From Candidatus Zixiibacteriota bacterium (GTDB taxonomy: Bacteria; Zixibacteria; MSB-5A5; GN15; FEB-12), in contig JACZYS010000004.1 of assembly GCA_022570975.1 (NCBI GenBank), forward strand, positions 1 to 28,832: a DNA stretch of 28,832 nucleotides. Direction: 5' to 3'. A model generated the notes under the pieces. It saw only the letters and a list, made by a program, of their open reading frames with translations. It did not search any database and had not been told where the DNA came from. Below are positions 26,197 to 28,832 of this stretch, piece by piece (position 1 is the first letter of the stretch; the number at the start of each line of letters is the position of its first letter). The translations under genes were made by a program, and so were the position numbers.

Positions 26197-26796
26197 TTAT
26201 CTTCCGTTTGTCACAGCTTTTATCCGCTTTGTTAGATGCCTGGTCAGTTTTTTTTCTAATTCCTTAAAGAACTTAACTTTTTTTGAGGCGGCTATGTTTA
26301 AATCCGGGTCATTTATGTCGTTATTTAAAGTAGTATGGATTACGGAAGGACCGTTTTGTTCAATTTGAAACGGCTCAGATGTTAATGATTTACCTCTTTT
26401 GATATCAATAATTCTCAATTCGCCGACAATAATACCAACAGATTGATATTTGTGGACCAGAAAAGGAAAGCTGAACGTTTCTTTCTTTTCAATTTCATGG
26501 CTTTCAATTTCTACCAGGACAACATATCTGGCTCCCAGCTCCGCTCCCCAGTTGTAGAGGCTGTCAAAATTAAGATAATCACCTGGGAATGAAGGTAATG
26601 AGCTTGAATTCTCATCATGCATCATCACTTCAATATTCTTGTTTCTGCTGATAACTCTGCGCAGGTTTTCATCAACTGTGGACTTGAACCATATTTCTTC
26701 CGGGGTGATAACTTTTACAACCATTTTTTGTCGTGAAGCGGCAGTAATCGAAACAGCGATGGACAAAATTAATAAGAGTATGAATGATTTGTTCAT
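26197..26796 (-). CDS. hypothetical exported protein (199 aa)
   Basis: Signal-peptide-like N-terminus; its start overlaps the stop of the upstream gene (ATGA). Confidence 0.7.
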   Translation of the reverse strand: MNKSFILLLILSIAVSITAASRQKMVVKVITPEEIWFKSTVDENLRRVISRNKNIEVMMHDENSSSLPSFPGDYLNFDSLYNWGAELGARYVVLVEIESHEIEKKETFSFPFLVHKYQSVGIIVGELRIIDIKRGKSLTSEPFQIEQNGPSVIHTTLNNDINDPDLNIAASKKVKFFKELEKKLTRHLTKRIKAVTNGR

Positions 26797-27299
26797 GATG
26801 ATACTCCTTGACGGTTTTCTGAGTTAGCATGATTACTGAGGAGACTCTTTATCGCATCTTTAAAATGTGAGAACCGGTCACCCATCAAATCAAGTTCGAT
26901 CTGAGAAAGATCATCAACTAAATCATCCTTTCCGGCAAGCTCTATTCCGACGATGGAGATATCATCTTCTTCGTCCACTCTCTTAACTCTTCCAAGAATA
27001 TTTTTTATTTCACTGATGTCTTTTACTTTAAGAGTCATAAAGATAATGTCCCCTTCGGAGATTTCATCTTTCGTTTCAATCAGCAGCCCGCCTTCTGAGA
27101 AGTTTAATAGCGAGCCGTTTAATGCGGTTTGGTCATCCTCCTCATGGAACTTCCCGGAGGCGTCTTTTAGAAAGTAAATTTTAATCGGCGTAGAGAATTC
27201 AATCCTTACAAACTCTCTTTGGTTTTCTTCTGTAATCTGTAGTGACCGACTTGCACTACCCGATTTTGATTCTGATATCTGGTTGTTTTTGTTTTTCAT
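26793..27299 (-). CDS. PilZ domain protein (putative c-di-GMP receptor)
   Basis: QREFVRI (RxxxR) and LNFSEGGLL ((D/N)xSxxG). Confidence 0.8.
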   Translation of the reverse strand: MKNKNNQISESKSGSASRSLQITEENQREFVRIEFSTPIKIYFLKDASGKFHEEDDQTALNGSLLNFSEGGLLIETKDEISEGDIIFMTLKVKDISEIKNILGRVKRVDEEDDISIVGIELAGKDDLVDDLSQIELDLMGDRFSHFKDAIKSLLSNHANSENRQGVSS

Positions 27300-27308
27300 A
27301 TTGGTCTC

Positions 27309-28064
27309 CTATTTCTTTTTTTGCGTCCTTGCAATTAGTTTTGCGTTAACTAAGTCTCTTGTCAGCTTATCATACTTGAATAATTCTTCCGGCAGAGATG
27401 AAAAGAATGATTCCGAAAAGTGTTTTTGTTTATCTTCATTGAGGATAAACTCCATGCCAATACTGCTCTTGTTATTATGGTTACGGAAATTATATTTGAT
27501 TTGGGCAACAAGGATTTCTGGGATCAGATATTCTTGCAGGTTTGAATTTACAATTAAGTAAGAGTTAGAATTCAAGAGGTTTCTGATAGTCAGCATCAGA
27601 CCGCCGCTTGAGATATCAACAGTATCACTCTTAAACCATTTGAAGTTCACAATTTCTTCAGTTGAAAAATTCCTCTTTGGCAATATTGCAACCTCTACTT
27701 TGGAAGATATATTGAAGCGAGGAAATCTTCTTCTGTTGAGGGGAGTAATTCGGTTTCTTAGTATAAGCAGACGTTTACTGAAGGAAAAAGTACAGGTAGC
27801 ATCGACAGCAAATCTCTGCTCTTTATAATAAAACAGAACTTTGACTTCATTGTCATAATTGAAGTATGAATAATCATCATCCATTTTTCTGTTATCTAGA
27901 GTAATTTTATTGCCCGAAACACGGAGCACCTTAAACTGCTGTGATTTGTTTTCATTTCGGGCAAGTAAGACCGTCACTTTATGACCGAGCAGCGCATTTA
28001 AGTCAATTAATTCCAGGTCAAAAGGCTTGTAAGGGTTCAATATTTCAGTTAGAAAGTCTACCAT
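27309..28064 (-). CDS. YcgR-like two-domain PilZ protein
   Basis: N-terminal beta domain followed by RRRFPRF and VDISSGGLML. Confidence 0.8.
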   Translation of the reverse strand: MVDFLTEILNPYKPFDLELIDLNALLGHKVTVLLARNENKSQQFKVLRVSGNKITLDNRKMDDDYSYFNYDNEVKVLFYYKEQRFAVDATCTFSFSKRLLILRNRITPLNRRRFPRFNISSKVEVAILPKRNFSTEEIVNFKWFKSDTVDISSGGLMLTIRNLLNSNSYLIVNSNLQEYLIPEILVAQIKYNFRNHNNKSSIGMEFILNEDKQKHFSESFFSSLPEELFKYDKLTRDLVNAKLIARTQKKK

Positions 28065-28091
28065 AATTTTTGGCTTTCAGAAGTTAAGTAT

Positions 28092-28832
28092 TCATTGAGC
28101 TTTCTTGCTTGCTGCCAGATTTAGTTTTCCTTGTTCAATAGCCAGTTCCAAAATTTTTCTGGCTAAAGCGGTTCTTGACTGGTCATGGCGGTTCTTATAA
28201 ACAAATTCCTGTCCGTACTTAATGGTGATGTTGAAATACTGCTTGGCACCATCATAATCACTAATTCTTCTGGAGAGCTCGGCAATTAAGTATGTTGCTT
28301 GAATTTGCTGGTTGCCGGCGGAGATGCTCTTGCTGTCTTCCATAGCTTCTTTGTAATGGTAGACTGCTTTTTCCAACGCTTCATGTTCATTGGTCACAAT
28401 TCCGCTCCAGTCATCTTTTAAGTGACTCAAAAATTCAGCGAAAGAGCCAAAATTCTGGAAGTTTGACTTTCCGTCTTCGGAAAATCCGCCAAGGGCGGTC
28501 TCTTTGTAGTCAGTAATCAGAGACTCCAGGTTTTGTAACTTTAGAGTCATTCCTTCATATGGGGTGAGCAGTTCTTCAATTACATTTTCAAATTTCTCCT
28601 TATATGGAATTAACTCAGCTTTAAGCTCGCTTGATATTTCATCAGTTACAAAGTGTGAACTTATGTGGGCGCCAAATTTATTTACCTCTTCATTGAAAGG
28701 AAAGATTTTTGATGTTAGCGAATTGAATTTCATTGATAGCTCATTGACCAGTCCTCTAATAAACTGGTTGGTGGGGTTTTCTCCGTGGCTCATGTATCTG
28801 AATACCCAGGCTACTCTCAAATAAAATCTTCC
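28092..28832 (-). CDS. DUF2225-family-like protein, 5' end outside the window
   Basis: The frame is open to the right edge (GRFYLRVAWVFRY...). LRVAWVFRY and TYLIAELSRRISDYDGAKQYF resemble DUF2225 motifs as I recall them. Confidence 0.65.
   Translation of the reverse strand, partial: GRFYLRVAWVFRYMSHGENPTNQFIRGLVNELSMKFNSLTSKIFPFNEEVNKFGAHISSHFVTDEISSELKAELIPYKEKFENVIEELLTPYEGMTLKLQNLESLITDYKETALGGFSEDGKSNFQNFGSFAEFLSHLKDDWSGIVTNEHEALEKAVYHYKEAMEDSKSISAGNQQIQATYLIAELSRRISDYDGAKQYFNITIKYGQEFVYKNRHDQSRTALARKILELAIEQGKLNLAASKKAQ

Noticed and set aside
21817-28824. Plus-strand ORFs opposite the integrase and host genes
   Set aside because: These are antisense shadows of well-supported minus-strand genes.

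Overview
AT-rich bacterial window, probably from a Zixibacteria-like lineage (inferred from dockerin-like and FlgD-Ig/T9SS-like C-termini). Its centre is an integrative element of about 19.4-19.7 kb inserted in the 3' end of tRNA-Ser(GGA) (23045-23133, minus strand). The 21-bp core is repeated twice on the left (3343-3363 and 3648-3668), and a tyrosine integrase and excisionase lie at the right end. The cargo has three parts. (i) A leftward cluster of secreted proteins: a cohesin-like/FlgD-Ig protein, a propeller-dockerin protein and an S8 protease. (ii) A regulatory module: a 1391-aa kinase-like/TPR/GAF/sigma54-activator fusion, a sigma54-type promoter, an 82-aa secreted peptide and a wHTH protein with a degenerate WYL-like domain. 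(iii) A TerY-P-like operon (membrane protein, truncated vWA, PP2C, kinase-FHA) that runs directly into xis. A palindromic operator, TG(C/A)CA-N5-TGGCA, occurs four times. Three copies are followed exactly 10 bp later by TATATT, which links the secreted cluster and the TerY-P/xis operon into one apparent regulon. Host flanks: TPR and membrane-TPR genes on the left; on the right a DUF2225/PilZ/PilZ/receiver/receiver/FapA cluster. All assignments come from reading motifs by eye; no database searches were run.
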